Of a stretch of 64,000 nucleotides of DNA, positions 26,067-40,572 are shown piece by piece. The position numbers and the translations under genes are program-made. The notes beneath the pieces are model-generated. The model saw nothing but the letters and a program-made list of their open reading frames with translations, was not told where the DNA came from and made no database searches. The stretch's first letter is position 1; each line of letters starts with the position of its first letter. Origin of the DNA: Octopus sinensis (Eukaryota); contig NC_043012.1 in assembly GCF_006345805.1 (NCBI RefSeq), forward strand, positions 39,680,001-39,744,000. The letters run 5' to 3'.

Positions 26067-26514
26067 GATTATATAAACTATGGCTGGTTTTTCCTATTTA
26101 ATCGAATCCAAACTGTGTAGCTGTGAAAATTTAAACTAAACAATTCGTATAATTCACAACTCTAAATGGATGGTTAAGATAATTAGTCCCTCAGATAATA
26201 GAGTCCAATCAAGTTAATCATTTCCAGAACGTCAAAGCGGGTGTTGACATTGGTTGTTAGAGGCGGAAACACGTGTATAGTATCCTCTTTCTGGAATGAT
26301 GCCAGTGTTTTTACGATACATTTAGCTCGTAACAAGATGATCACTGCACTGGTTGCCAACGATTGTAGGGATGTCTATACTATTTATGGTCAGCTATTTA
26401 AGGAGCACATTTTACAATTGTGAAGTTTCGGGTTCAGTCCCACTGCGTGGTACCTATTCACGTACAGGCGTCTCGAGCGTACTTGGTAGACGCAAACGTT
26501 GCCGAAGCTTGTTC

Positions 26515-26546
<32 letters not shown>

Positions 26547-26549
26547 GAC

Positions 26550-26580
<31 letters not shown>

Positions 26581-26592
26581 TATATATATATA

Positions 26593-26697
<105 letters not shown>

Positions 26698-26776
26698 TTT
26701 ATATATAGACATATAAAGATATATATATATATATATATACATACATATATACAGACATATATATCATTACATAGAC

Positions 26777-26837
<61 letters not shown>

Positions 26838-26893
26838 TATACATATATAGACATATATATATACATATATATACACACACACGTACATATATA

Positions 26894-26971
<78 letters not shown>

Positions 26972-27425
26972 TAAATATGTGAGTGTGTGTTTGTCATATT
27001 CCACCCCACCTGTTATTTTTACGTTCCCGTAAATCCGTGATTCGATAAAAAAGCGCGAGAAAATAGATCCAAAACGTAAAAATGTTACTAGGTTCTATTT
27101 GTTTAAAATGGTGCCCCAGCATGGTTACAGTCCAGTGTAGAGATTAAAATGTATTTAACTCCTATATTTGGGAAGATAATTCAAAGCATTAAACCACGTG
27201 CTAGTTGACTGGCCATGGTTTAATTGATTCTTAACCACCTACAACAGAGTGGTATAACTAAACACTGTGGCTGACCACTGCAGGTTTGAGCGGGTCTTGC
27301 TGATTGCGCCCATCGGTTCTATCGAAACAATAACAATATCACCTGCCCAGTATTTCATTCTTGGACTGATTATGCTATGATAAAAGTTCATTCGCGGTTA
27401 TTTCTATTCGATGGTGTTACCTTAC

Positions 27426-27500
27426 GTCCATCCCAATCGAGCAAGCGCATCCCACCAGCGTAACAACTGCCGTTGGATGGGATCAGATGTGACTGATATC
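27426..27500 (-). other. Candidate 75-nt exon (unidentified gene)
   Basis: Minus strand ttcccctgtcgaaatcaacAG|GATATC...GGAC|GTAAGG; GC-richer non-repetitive island; two open frames. Confidence 0.3.
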
Positions 27501-28192
27501 CTGTTGATTTCGACAGGGGAAATATATATATGGGTTAGAGATGGAACGGAGTAGAATTCAGTTCTGTTGCTTGCGACAGAAGGCACGCGTTATAGATGGT
27601 CCAGTACGGAATGAATAATAGTACAAAATTAAAGGAAGGCATCATAATTTAGTGGTTTAGCGGTAAAAACTTTCAAAAACTGTTATTCGAATTATTCGAA
27701 ACGGCAGAATTATTGGTTCCAAATTGTATAACAATTATAGAATTTTATAACAAACTTCAAACATAAACTTAGGAAAATTGTCGAAATTTGCCAAACAGTT
27801 AAATGTCTTGACATTGGAACCAAGGAAGTTATCTGACTTACATGCATTCTTCAATATTACCAAATTTGGAAATCTAATATTCTGTATTTCCAGATTCTAA
27901 TTATACAGTCAGAAATATAATTTTCTTTTTCCTACGTTTCTTTTCTAGTTTTCTTCGTTTTCATCTTTTTTTCCCGGTCTGAGTAAATTAAATGAAAATG
28001 TTTTCATACATATTCTTTTGTTTCTGTAAAACTAATAAATATATGCACACATACACATATGTCTGTGTATGTAGATAGGAAAACAAATAGAGGAAGATAT
28101 ATATATGTACATACATATTTATATCTACATTCACGCACAAAAACACGCACAACATATATATCTATATATATATATACACAGACACACACACA

Positions 28193-28289
<97 letters not shown>

Positions 28290-29039
28290 TATGTATGTAT
28301 ATATACAAATGTGTGTGTGTGTGTGTGTGTGTAAATTTATGTATAATGTAAAAAAAATTAAACCTCCTATACCAACACACCCGTGGTGTCAAAAATAAAA
28401 ACATTTTTCAATCAGATATATGAGTCAAAGTGTTCGACATAGTTATAAAACTGAGAAATTTTCCTTTGATTTTCCTCTGGGTTTCAACTATTTAATCTCA
28501 GCATTTTCCAATAGTTATAAAATTTCGATTTTTTTCCTCAATAATTTTCTCTCGAATTGGAATTGGACTATAAATTCTCTCCTCTTTTCTATTATTATAC
28601 CAAAATATTTCAGTCACAAAAAAGCTCTCTGTTATAAATATGCTTAGTCTTAAGTTTATAACACATAACACATGTGCGTAGATCTGAACATACATACCTG
28701 AGTGTTTGTGTGAGTGTGTAACATACACATTTTTACATATTAGTGATAACAAAAGGGAGAAAGTGTACTCTTTATCTGAATTTCAGTATAAATAACTACA
28801 GTTCGTATAGTGATTCAGAAGGCTGAAACTGTAAGGTACGAGATTTACGAGTAACTATATTCTGGTGCTTCAAGTCAGTTACGACGAAATAACAACCATC
28901 CTGGTAGATTGATGAAATGGTTTATGTGGAAATATATAATTTCGATAGAATGATTTCAGTAGAGAGAAGTGTGTGAGTGTATCCATGTGTGTGCTCAATA
29001 CTCAGCCAGGTATTGAACTTCTCGGCCATTAGATGTGTG

Positions 29040-29077
<38 letters not shown>

Positions 29078-29435
29078 GTGTGTGTGTGTGTGTGTGTGTG
29101 TTTGTGTGTGTTTGTGTGTGTGTATATATATATATATATGTATGTATATGTAATAAACAACATAAGCAAAAGGATATCAATTAGTAACGCAGTACGATCA
29201 TTTCAAGCGGCTCCATTTAATTGAACAATCGTTACATCAATTTAAATGCAGTGCTATCTTCATTTGCACAAAATATAGAATTTTTTAACAAGTTGGACGC
29301 ATAGAATTTTTCTTACCTATTTTAACACAGTAAGAAGATGGAAGAAAATAATGTTGTCGCTATTGTAGTGAAGTGACTAAGAATAGATTACAATTTCTTA
29401 GAATCGCATGGAGCATAGTGGGATCATAGCTTTGT

Positions 29436-30724
29436 GAGGGTTGTCATTAATTTAGAATTTATTTATCTATTTATCATCTATTAAATCTGAGAAGACTGTG
29501 TCTATGTTGAATAAAGAACAAGAGTGAGTTGACAATAATGTATTCACCCTTGTTGTTTACAACTTCTTCCCAACATTCAGCAAGATTTTCAATACCTCGT
29601 TGGTAGAAATCACCCGATTTCGACTCGAAAAATTTATCCAACCAAGCACTCAATTCTGCATCAGTGCTGAACGAAACTCCGCGCATACCATTTGAAAGAG
29701 ATTGAAAGAAGTGAAAATCCGTTGGTGCCAAATCAGGAGAGTACGCAGGTGTGGCAGCACCTTCCAGCCATGCGTTTGAATGGCTTCCTTGGTCATATTG
29801 GCGATATGAGGGCGGGCGTTGTCGTGCAGCAGAAGAACCCCATGCTGACGATTAGGTCTTTTCTCTTGAATAGCCGTGTTGAGTCTTTCCATCTGTTGAA
29901 CATAGAGTTCCGCGTTGACCGTTTGGTTACGTTCAAGCAATTCGTAATGGATAATCTCTTCCCAGTCCTACCATATGCACAACATCGTTTTACGTGAAGA
30001 TCTTGTTTCACGCGCGGTGTCTTTTGTTTACCGGGGCTAAGCCATTCCTTGCGCTGCTTCATATTGATGTACAGGCACCATTCTTCGTCGCCAATAACGA
30101 TTCGGTAAAGAGATCGTTGCTTGTGTCCATGAGTTGAGTGGTGACGAACAAGCAACCAGCGGAGATTGTTGTCACTTAAAGCAAGCGGGACCCATGCTCC
30201 ATACTTCTGAACCTTTCCCATCGAGTGAAGATGTTCCTCTATAGCAGTGTGAGAGCATTCCATTTTCTCTGCCAGATCCCTTGTCGTTTGACGAGAAATT
30301 TCGTGCAAAAGTTGGTTTAATCGCTCTTCTTCGAATTCAACGGGACGGCCAGAACGAGGTGCGTCTTTGAGGTCAAAATTTCCATTTTTGAACTTGGTAT
30401 ACCAATTACGAGCGGTTCTTTCAGCTATGGCACCCTCTCCATACACAGCAGAAATGTCGCGAGCAACTTTTGCGGCCTTAGAACCTTGATTAAATACAAA
30501 AAGAAGGTGTCGAAAATGCTCGTTTTTCTCAACTTGACATTCCATTTTAATGATCTGAAAATAAACAACAATTAACTAAAATTAACTAGAAAAAAAAAAA
30601 AAAAAAAATACATTCCAAAATGATTCCAAAATACAATTCTTGAAAAAAAAAATAGATTCCAAAATTTAAAACTCAATAAATTCCAAACTTTAAAAAAATG
30701 GCGTGATCTTAGTTGCTAACCCAA
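29436..30724 (-). mobile_element. Mariner (DD34D) transposon, near full length, mellifera-subfamily-like
   Basis: 5' TIR (minus strand) TA-TTGGGTTAGCAACTAAG at 30724; degenerate opposite end GAGGGTTGTCATTAA at ~29436; span ~1.29 kb. Confidence 0.85.
29474..30545 (-). pseudogene. Frameshifted mariner transposase
   Basis: Three ORF pieces with HTH (EHFRHLL..RNWYTKFKNGNFDLKDAPRSGRP), WVPLAL (WVPHEL-like), GDEEW, HDNARPH and APTDFHFFQSL motifs. Confidence 0.92.
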
Positions 30725-30759
30725 TATATATATAAATATGTGTGTGTGTGTTTTTTGCT

Positions 30760-31030
30760 TGTTTCAATCATTTCACTGTGGTCATGTCAGACCACAGCCT
30801 TTAGTCTTACAAATCGACCCTGAGACTTATTCATTGTAAGTCTAGTACTTATGCTATTGGATTTTTTTGCCGAACCGCTAAGTTACGAGGAAGTAAACAC
30901 ACCAACATCGGTTTTCAAGCGATTGGGGGAGACAAACAGAGACACACAAATACACACACACACATATATATGTATATATATATATATATACGACGGACTT
31001 CTTTCAGTTTCCGTCTACCAAATCCACTTA
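30760..31030 (-). mobile_element. SINE family A, 5'-truncated
   Basis: GCCGAACCGCTAAGTTACG..internal microsatellite..CTTCTTTCAGTTTCCGTCTACCAAATCCAC. Confidence 0.8.
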
Positions 31031-31248
31031 CAAGGCTGTGCTCAACTTTGCCATGTTCAATGAGACGATCACACGCTGCACACTTTCCTTCCAAGAACTG
31101 GAGTAAACAGCGAATGTGAGCTAGAACGTTAAAACCTTGTGCGCTTGCACAGTAGAGTTCAAAGTCAATCCTCGCCAAGTGGCATCAGTCAGCGTGCTTT
31201 AGCTTCGTTACTATGGCAGCAGTCCGGATACTTATTGATCAAACTACG
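31030..31248 (-). mobile_element. 5' end of a second mariner-like element (TIR, leader, first codons)
   Basis: Minus strand TA-CGTAGTTTGATCAATAAGTATCCGGA resembles mariner TIRs; leader ends in ATGGCAAAGTTGAGCA where the SINE interrupts. Confidence 0.45.
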
Positions 31249-31251
31249 TAT

Positions 31252-31283
<32 letters not shown>

Positions 31284-32324
31284 CTTGATTACTTTTCGCA
31301 TGATAAACTTACATCTGCCTCTCTACGCCTCCAACAGAAGAACAAATTCGTCTCTTCACCTCCACTGGTTCTTTTATTTCTTGTAAAACATACTTCTAAC
31401 ACCGAATTTTTATTTCAGTTTTCAGTTCTCTTCAAATTACTACAAAAATACACAAATTCAAGTATTTATTTATTACCAAAAGATTTTTTTTTATATTTCA
31501 TTCTCATTTTTTACTGAAAACAAAAATTCCAGGGTAGTAGAAATTATATTATGCTGTGTTTCTTAGGGGAAAAATAGAAAAATATGAGATATGGATGTAG
31601 GAAACACCAAATCATAAAAGCGAAGAATGGTCCGCTGAAGTGTGAGGGATGAGGTGGGAGGTTGAAATACTATTTATTTCGGTACTTACGTCAATTTGCA
31701 TTTTTTTTTCCTTTTTCAGCTATTTTATCTCCTTTTTATGGACGGTGTTTTGTTTCCCGAAGCAGTTTAAAATAAAATAAAATCGAAAAAGGAAGCCACA
31801 TTTGGTTATATGCACACACACACACACACATATACCTGTGTGTGTGTGTAGCATTGTGTCTTAAGTTACATATGTTTATTGGACATGGTGCTGTATTCTT
31901 CACCAAAGAGCGTTTCTATTTCCGTTTGTGTGTATGAAAGCTATGGTTTATATGATTGTGTGTTTACTGTGTATATAATCTGACCGAGTTTGTGTATCTT
32001 TCAATGTTTGTCTGTTTGTGTGATTTATGGGTACGTTTTGCATGCTTCTTTTCCAAACTGGAAACCAATGTAAATATGTGTTGTGTGTGTTTGATTATAT
32101 GTGAACAGACGTAAAGCTATGTTCTTGGAGTTGAGTGCGTATATGCGGGATTGTGTGTATGTGTGATGTTAAATATGTTTATACGTTTAGTATTAATTTA
32201 CGAAATATTAATTCAGCGCTTTTCCAGAACAGTCTAGACTGAATTCTATATTCTGGGAAGAATAAAGAAATCTGTCTGTATAAATATATATATACACTTG
32301 CTAATATTTGTGCTTATATGAGTA

Positions 32325-32765
32325 TGGCGGAATCGTTAGAACGTTACAGATTTTGTGTTGCAATAATTGTTTCGAGCTATTAAGTTCTGAGTTCAAATCC
32401 CATTTTGTTCAACTCTGCCTTTCATCCTTTTGAGGTTGGTAAAGTACAGTATAATCTAGTACCGGGGACGATGGCATCGATTACTCAATCTCTTTGAAAC
32501 AGCTGGTGCTGTGTCTACATTAGAAATACTCCTACTTCTTACATACACACACACACATATGCAAAAGGTTTGGTTGGGTGTGAAGCTGGACATTGACAGA
32601 AGCAGATGGGGATTTATTTGTTACGTCCCTTTATTTACTGAGTTCAATCTCTGCCGGAGTCAATTTTGCCTTTTAGTTTATTCCAGGGTCGGTAAAATTT
32701 ACTGGCGTCCTTCAATCGATTGTCCCATCCTCCAAACCGTACAGTCGTATGTCAATTTCAAAGGT
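32325..32765 (+). mobile_element. Two old SINE family B remnants (~32325-32525 and ~32630-32765)
   Basis: TTCTGAGTTCAAAT..GCCTTTCATCCTTT motifs, diverged. Confidence 0.65.
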
Positions 32766-33792
32766 TGACATAATCATAGGTCTTCTGACTCCTATCATTC
32801 CAAGAGAATATTTTAGAATATCTCAGCTACTTCATACAGTTGTAACAGGTAACAAGTTTTCTCATTAAATGAAATATACGTGGGTTGTCTTCTTGTCTCC
32901 TTGGTTGCTTATAAACTGACACTGAAGAATTGGAAGAACAGGCGCAACATCATTTTACACGACCTTCGACATTACCTAACGTTCGTTTATGGCATCAGTT
33001 CAAATGCCAATGAGGTCAGCTTTGGCCTTAATTCATCTGAAACCTGAAAACACAATCACAGATCATCTTCATTGATTATACATACTTCTAAAATGTGAAA
33101 ATAATTTCACTCTTCGGTTTCTCAGGTATATGTTTTTGATTTCATGTGTGCCTTTCATATTTTTAAGGTAATAGAATGTGATTGCGCTATTTCTTCCAGT
33201 TGACAATGGGTTCCTCGCTAGCGTGATAGAAAATTCTTGTAAGTTCCATACGACTCTTTGTTGTATGGATAAAAGTAGATATCGTATCGAACAAGTAGAG
33301 ACAATTTCTTGCTGGTCGAACCCACCGTCCGTTTAAGATTCTCATTTCCAACAATTCTAATTTTCCATTCCATTCTAGTCCTGCAGAACATTACAATATC
33401 CTACTTCCCTCCACGCAACACTTTCTTAAATGAACAGTTTCTGTTTTTCCTTTAAAACAAAACTATTTTCTCATAGAATATTTTTTGATTGCTTGGACCA
33501 CTTAATTGTGATTCTTGCTATTAACTCCAAGTAAGCCCTGATCGAGAAGACGATTAGGGTTTCCAGACATGACCACGACTTCAAGTTCCTGATATAATGT
33601 ATCAAGATTCCTTCCTCTAAAAAATAGGGTTTGATTCAAGGGATATTCTACTGCTATTTCTAGCAGATTGAACGACGAAGTGGAAGTTCTTTCGTTGTCT
33701 CATAATATTTGTGGTGATGATCAACGCAGCGGCATGAGTTCGATTCTTCTAAACCTGCTCTACCTAACTAAAGTCCTAGTTTCAGTGAGAGA

Positions 33793-34007
33793 AAGGCGGT
33801 GAGCGGACAGAATCGTCAGGACATTGGGCAAAATGCTTAGCGGCACTTCGTCATCTAGACATTCTGAGTTCAAATTCTGCCGAGGTCGACTTTGCCTTTC
33901 ATCCTTTCGGGGTCGATAATATGAGTACCAGTTGAGCACTGGGTTTGATGTAATCGACTTAACCCCCCCTCCGAGCTGGCTGGCCTTGTACAAAAATCTG
34001 AAACCAT
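33793..34007 (+). mobile_element. SINE family B
   Basis: AAGGCGGTGAGC head, intact core GCCTTTCATCCTTTCGGGGTCGATAA. Confidence 0.85.
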
Positions 34008-34613
34008 TATTTCAGTGAAAGATAACATTTATTTTGTTGTAGTAGAGAAGGAATATTTTACAAAGGGTTAAAATACATTTTATGGTAATGCTAACTTGAG
34101 CAAAAATAGAAGATGTTGTATAGACGAAAGTCTGAGACCATTAGTACAACTTACATACCTGACACCAGAGAATCAGTAATGGAAACACACACAAAATAAA
34201 ACATTGAAGAGAATTATAAGCAAGTACATGAATAAATAAAAATGTAACAAAAGGAAAGATACAGCGACGACAGGAGAGCTACTCAAAGATATTAGAAGAA
34301 AGAAATTCGAACGAAGAACAAAGCAGCGTCAGGCAGAAACATAACGATGACGATGACGTTGCACCTGAGTATTGAACGGTGGGGTGGGGGTAGGGGGTTA
34401 TGATGATGATGAGGTTGATTGTCACTGTCATCATCATCATCATCATCATTACCATTCCTAATACAATGATGATTCTGATGTTGACTTTTATGATGATAAT
34501 GTTAATAATGATGGGATGAGAATGAGAAATGATAATAATAATGACGATGATGATGATGACGATGATATAGCGCTAATAAGATTCATATAGAAAATATAAT
34601 AATAGTGATAGGA

Positions 34614-34659
<46 letters not shown>

Positions 34660-34889
34660 CTCCATATTGCGCTGAGAGAAATATGGCGAACAAAAAGAAA
34701 GGAAAAAAAAAAGTAAATAAAACGATGAGCAGAAACGCGTGTCGGCACACCTTGAGATGTGGAAAAACTCGAACTCGTGTTTATTTAATTAAATTATTTA
34801 ATGTTAGCGATGCATCAACAACAACCAAAGCAATATTCTACACACGGTTAACCGTGTTGCTGTCAGAAAATTGACTTAATCAAATAACG

Positions 34890-35310
34890 AGATGTCTTTT
34901 TCTTTTTCTTCTTCCTCTCTCAGATTGGTCCATTGTCCTGTCTTTGGGCACCGACGAAGATTCTTTGGAGAACGAGCAGACTCTATCTCCTTCTTTCCTT
35001 TCACCTTTATCGCTCTTTATCTATCGCTCTGTCTGTACGTCACTATTTCTTTTTTGTTTTTTCACATTTTCATCTCACTTCCTCCAATTTCTAGCATCTT
35101 CTCCTATAAGTTCATTCCTATCTACAGGTCTAACCACCCTCCCCCGCCTCTCTCTCCCTTTCCTCTTTCTCTTTATCCCACTTTCTGCTCTCCATCTCTT
35201 GTTGCTTTCCCATGACTCTCTTTCTTCTCAAAGCTTTTTTTTCTTCTTACATGTATTTTATCTCCATCTTTATCTCACGCTCTCACTTTCTCCAGCTCTG
35301 TCTCTTCTCG
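34890..35310 (+). repeat. Pyrimidine-rich (CT) low-complexity tract
   Basis: C/T-dominated plus strand giving spurious F/S/L ORFs. Confidence 0.8.
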
Positions 35311-37453
35311 CTTATATACATATATACACGCATAAACAAATACACACAGACACACACGCACGTATGTGTATATGTGTATGTACATACACACGCACACACA
35401 CACACACATTTCTCAAAATACCTCAGGTAATCATTTTTAAGGAAAATTTTACGTGAGTGCAGAAAGAGGTGTGTGTGTATGTGTGTATATATATATATAT
35501 ATATTCGTTATGACTTTGTTTCGCCTGATGGCTCCAATAATCTCGGGACTGGCTTTCCATGAGGTTTCACTTTATCTTTCAACCTGAACCCCCCCCCCCT
35601 CTATCAGTAGATGCTTCTTTGATTTCTATTTTTTGTTCTTGTTTTAACGTATTATCCTGAAACACACACAAACTCTCACAACATGCACACACACACACAC
35701 GCCACACACACTCACAACACGCACACACACACATGCGCGTACGCTCGCACTTACACTCAACCCTCACTTTCTCATCAACTTTTCCAACCTTGTTCATCAC
35801 TTACTCTGTCGCCTCTTCACCCATTCGTCTCTACATCCACGCATCTCTCTCCCTTTGTCTCTCTCTCTGTCTCTCTGTCTCTCTCTCTCGATATATAAAA
35901 AAGCTTCTAGAAACCTGTAGGCACTTGATTTCTATGTAATAATTAATAACATTAAGAGAAAATATCACCCGCACATGCGCATAGCTACACCCACCCACAG
36001 ACACCCCACTCTCACTCAAGCTACGCAAATGCACGTATTCGTACACGTATTCAATGAGGCAGGATTAAACTACTCTTATATACACACATACTTACAAACA
36101 TACAAAGCAAAAATCTAATTTGTGTCCTAGACACAACATCCCATTCTACGGAGTTAGCACTGACAGTGTCTCCCATACTATCAGTTACTAATTAGTAATT
36201 AGTAGTATGGACTTGGTCAAAAATATCATCCGGGTAGTAGTCTCTATAATGTATATCATAACCAAAACATTCTACAATGCCATCTGTTTATGGTGGTATA
36301 TTATTCGTATTTTTACATTTATAAATTGTTGATCTTTGTTTGCCAGAAACGTTGGGTAACAGAGACGTGATAAATTCTATTTACGTGTCATATATAACAA
36401 TGTAGGAATTGTTAAAACATACACTGGTGTATGTTAAAATTCAGGGTGCAAACATCTGAAACAGAACTTTATATACAAAGGACTGAGTACAAATATTATG
36501 CTCATTTCATCAGAATTGAAAATCAACATTTTGCTCGAGTTTTGCTTCCTGACCGGTCACAACTGCAGCTGAGGCAGTGGGACTGGTGGCGGTGAATATC
36601 TTTGATGGAGAATATTCTTTTCCCTGTCCCTATCTTTTGGTCAGCCTTCATTCGAAACATCGATGATCAAAGGAGTTCAAACGGGGACTGACTTATTTAT
36701 ATTTCTCAAGTGCAATTTGGCATATATCCCTTCATTGGACTGAAGGCTGTGTAGCATATAATAATCCCAGCTTCGATGTCACTGTCAACGATATTCTATT
36801 AAAGTTGATAAGTCTCATTCTACCAAAAAGTATTGAGTTTTCCATCAGTTTAATGTTTGACTGCAGCTATATATAACTATACACAAAGATATATACGGAA
36901 AAGGAACACAGAAAACGAAAACGGTATTTCAGCTTTATATAAATATAATTTACGTGTTTCACAAAATCAGGTGCAGTTAATTTCATAAGCCTAAAGATGC
37001 TATTGCACAACACAGTACCAGTCAGTCCCCCCCGTCAACACTCTTGTCAAGCATACCTTATATATGGATATGTATATAAATAACCGACTTGATAATTAAA
37101 CATCTGGCTGGCGCTAATGACGTATGACTTTATCACAACTTTACAGCGTTCTGTGACTTTGTTTGATCCATGCAAGCTGTTCTATATATCAATACTTATA
37201 TAACACCACCACCACCAACAACAACAACATTCTCCTCAGTGACATCATCGCTCCTCCTCCTCCAACTCCTCCCCAGCATCATCACAGTCGTCATCAGTAC
37301 AATCACCACCATGGTCGTAATCATCGTCTCTTCTCACCATCACCGTTATCATCACACGTAGATAGAGTAATAAAATTTTGCTCGCTTCTGCAATACAGAC
37401 GAAACGTTAAATTACTAAAATCATATCAAGAAGTGATAAACACCATCAAGAAA

Positions 37454-37528
<75 letters not shown>

Positions 37529-38975
37529 AAATTAGATATAATCATTGCTAATCTTAATAGCACAGAATAAAGACTGTAAAGACTCCGCCGTTGTAATGTG
37601 TAGTCCAGCAAGATAATCTAAAGTACAAAATCTATGCTTATAGCCACCTTATACTGCTCTTTTATCCTGTCTCTAATCTCTGACGAAGAAAACGAAATAT
37701 CTGAAACGATAGACTTTCTCCACCTCTCAGCAATTTAAGCTATCGATATTCTACGAAATGAGTTTTTTCTTGGAAGTGATTTGAATAAAAATGGGTGGAC
37801 GTTTGTTGTATAAATATGTATGTGTATTTAATGTGTGTTTAAGATCGTTTAAATATGTGCATGTCTATATCTTTTTAACTGCGAGTAAGCTTTTACTGAG
37901 CCTGTCAGGAAACGTGACCACCCCACCATAGAATCTGAAACATAGTATACACTGATCCAATATTACGTAAAGTGCAGCTTTTATTAAGACAATGAAACAT
38001 AATTTGAGGAAATGTTGACTACGATTTCTAGCAGGTCTAGTGATTATTTATAGATGCGTCGTTGATTGGAATTTCTTTGTGCGCATGTGTGTGTGTGTGT
38101 GCATAAAGAATCTTACAGAAGCTAAATGAAGAGATTTCCAGAAAGATATCTTAGAGCTTGATGGTTTGTGTCTTCAAACGGCAGCTCTTCAGTGAGTCAT
38201 AAATGAAAGCCAAAGCATTCGAGTCTAGGATCTACTTCAGATCGTCTAAGTTACAAATAAGCTGGAAGAGACGTGAGTGGGATGGAAACGATACATGGTT
38301 GTTCTACACCCTGGAAATAGACTGCACTCTCCCTAATCTCCCGCCTCTCTCTCTCTCTCTCTCTCTCTCTTCCTATCTTTCCCCCTTATCTCTCTCCCCT
38401 CCTTCTCCTCTCTCTATCGCTCTGTCTCCACTCTCTCCCACCCATGTCTTTCTCTCTTTCCACGGTAAAAGAAAGGTTATATTGTATAATATCGCCTTCG
38501 ATCTAAGAAAACGGAGAGTGGTCACGTTTAGCACGTGTTCAAATCAGCATTGTGCTGGGGCCGCATTGAGCTGTAAATAAAGAACAACAATAGATACAAT
38601 AACTGTTGCAACCGCAGCAGCAGTTACAAAAATAACAAGAGCGTCAACTGTAACAGTAACAGCAAGAACAACAACGTCGTAGGTGCCGCAATGTAGGAAC
38701 GACAGAATAGAAACAAGTCAGAGCGAGCTGCCTGGAAGTAATGGCGGCCGTGCAGAATTAACGACGCTTCCATTAGTTTGTTCAATGTTGCTCAATTGTT
38801 TTCGATCAAGTCTAAATTATAGATCGATCGATCAAATGGAAGTGTATTTGTCATATATAAGGATATATATAATGATATATGTAATCCAGATATAACCTTT
38901 CAACTTGTTGTCGAAGTAGACATATGAATGAAGTTATTCCAACCGTATCAATAGTATTTATTTTGAGGTTTAGGG

Positions 38976-39090
38976 CAGGCATGCGCAACATTTCTTCGAG
39001 GAGCGACTCGAACTCCTAAAACAATTCAAAGTAATTTCTCGTTGGTATGCTATTCAGAATGTCCCGTGGACTGCGGTTTGCCCATGACTG
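38976..39090. mobile_element. Short hAT-type MITE remnant
   Basis: Ends CAGGCATGCGCAAC and GTTTGCCCATGACTG; 8-bp flanks GTTTAGGG / GCATATGG partially similar. Confidence 0.45.
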
Positions 39091-40214
39091 GCATATGGTA
39101 TCTAGGACTACATTATCCAATGTGTTGTTTTTCTAAGAGAATGGAATGTGTTAGAGTGAGATTTTGCTGTTATTTCTATAAGCTCGAGACGCCATTTAAA
39201 GGTTTTCTTGGTAGCTCAAGTATTTATGGAGGTGTTTCAAAGAGCATCCGATTAATGCAATTTATGCTTGATTTATCGACCTCCTTCACACCGTCATTAT
39301 ATATAAAGCAAAAAATACTGGATATGAACCCTGAGTTTGGTTAATATGAAATATTCGCTTCGCCCCATCGAGTATGTTTAGGAAACTTATTAAAAACCAT
39401 TGGGACGTATCTATACATTTGTTCATCCATTTTCGGATATCTTTCATCATAAAGTGTTAAGTAATCCATGAGATTGTATTGACAGAAGGTATATCAGCTG
39501 CGAAAGATGTAGGGTCCTGTGTGCTAGTGAGAACACGGTGTGATCGTCACCTTGTTGTTATGTAATAAAAAATCTGGTCATCCATGCTGAACATAAACGC
39601 TTTCTAAAATATAGCAATGACATGAATTGCTCAAGAACACAATACGACGCACTAAAGATACACTCGTTAAGTTTTCAGTACTCCTGCTGTTTCGAACGGT
39701 GACGTACATCTCTATCGGTGATAACTTAAAGTTAGGTGCGGTGATGATATACTAAAACGTAATGTCCGTTAGTAAGTCACAACAAAGCAGTGTAATTCGT
39801 AATTCAGTGGCTCACTAAGTGTGTGTTTGTGGTGGGAGGGGGAAAACTTTCTATTGACAGCAGACATAAAAGAAGGCAGGCTTTACTTGTCACTGATTTG
39901 AGCAGACAATTTAGCTTTCGCTGTATCAGTTAGAAAAGGGAATTAAGAAAGAAGAGGAAAATATTCGGAGTTCTCTCGCTGCTTTTTATGTTTGCTTTAT
40001 TCTTTTTTTGGCAATTATTGATTTATTGAACTGGTTATAGTGATATATCAAATGTATATTACCACCATTTGGAGTCCTCCGTGTTATTCAATCTGTGAAA
40101 AAAAGGCGTAGAGAGAGGATGGCTGTTGTATACTCTGGAAGATCTGCAGACACAGTTGTAGACGGTCTTCAGCCTGGGAGTCAACGGCAACGGGTTCACG
40201 CTGTGATTTGTCGA

Positions 40215-40507
40215 AGCATATTCTTTTATTCTTTTCAGTCACTTGACTGCAGCCATGCTGGAGCACCGCCTTTAGTCGAACAAATCGACCCCAGTACTGA
40301 TAGAATGGGACTTACATCCAATTCTATCAATACTTATTCTATCAGTCTCTTTTGCCGAAGCGTTAAGTTACGGGGACGTGAACACACCAACATTGGTTGT
40401 CAAGTGATGGTGGAGAGAGAAACACAAACATACACACACACACACACACTCACACACACGCACACACAAACACACACACACACACACACATACATACATA
40501 CATATAT

Positions 40508-40572
<65 letters not shown>

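Noticed and set aside
36513-36590. Possible 78-nt exon IENQHFARVLLPDRSQLQLRQWDWW
   Set aside because: Weak acceptor and donor; peptide not recognised
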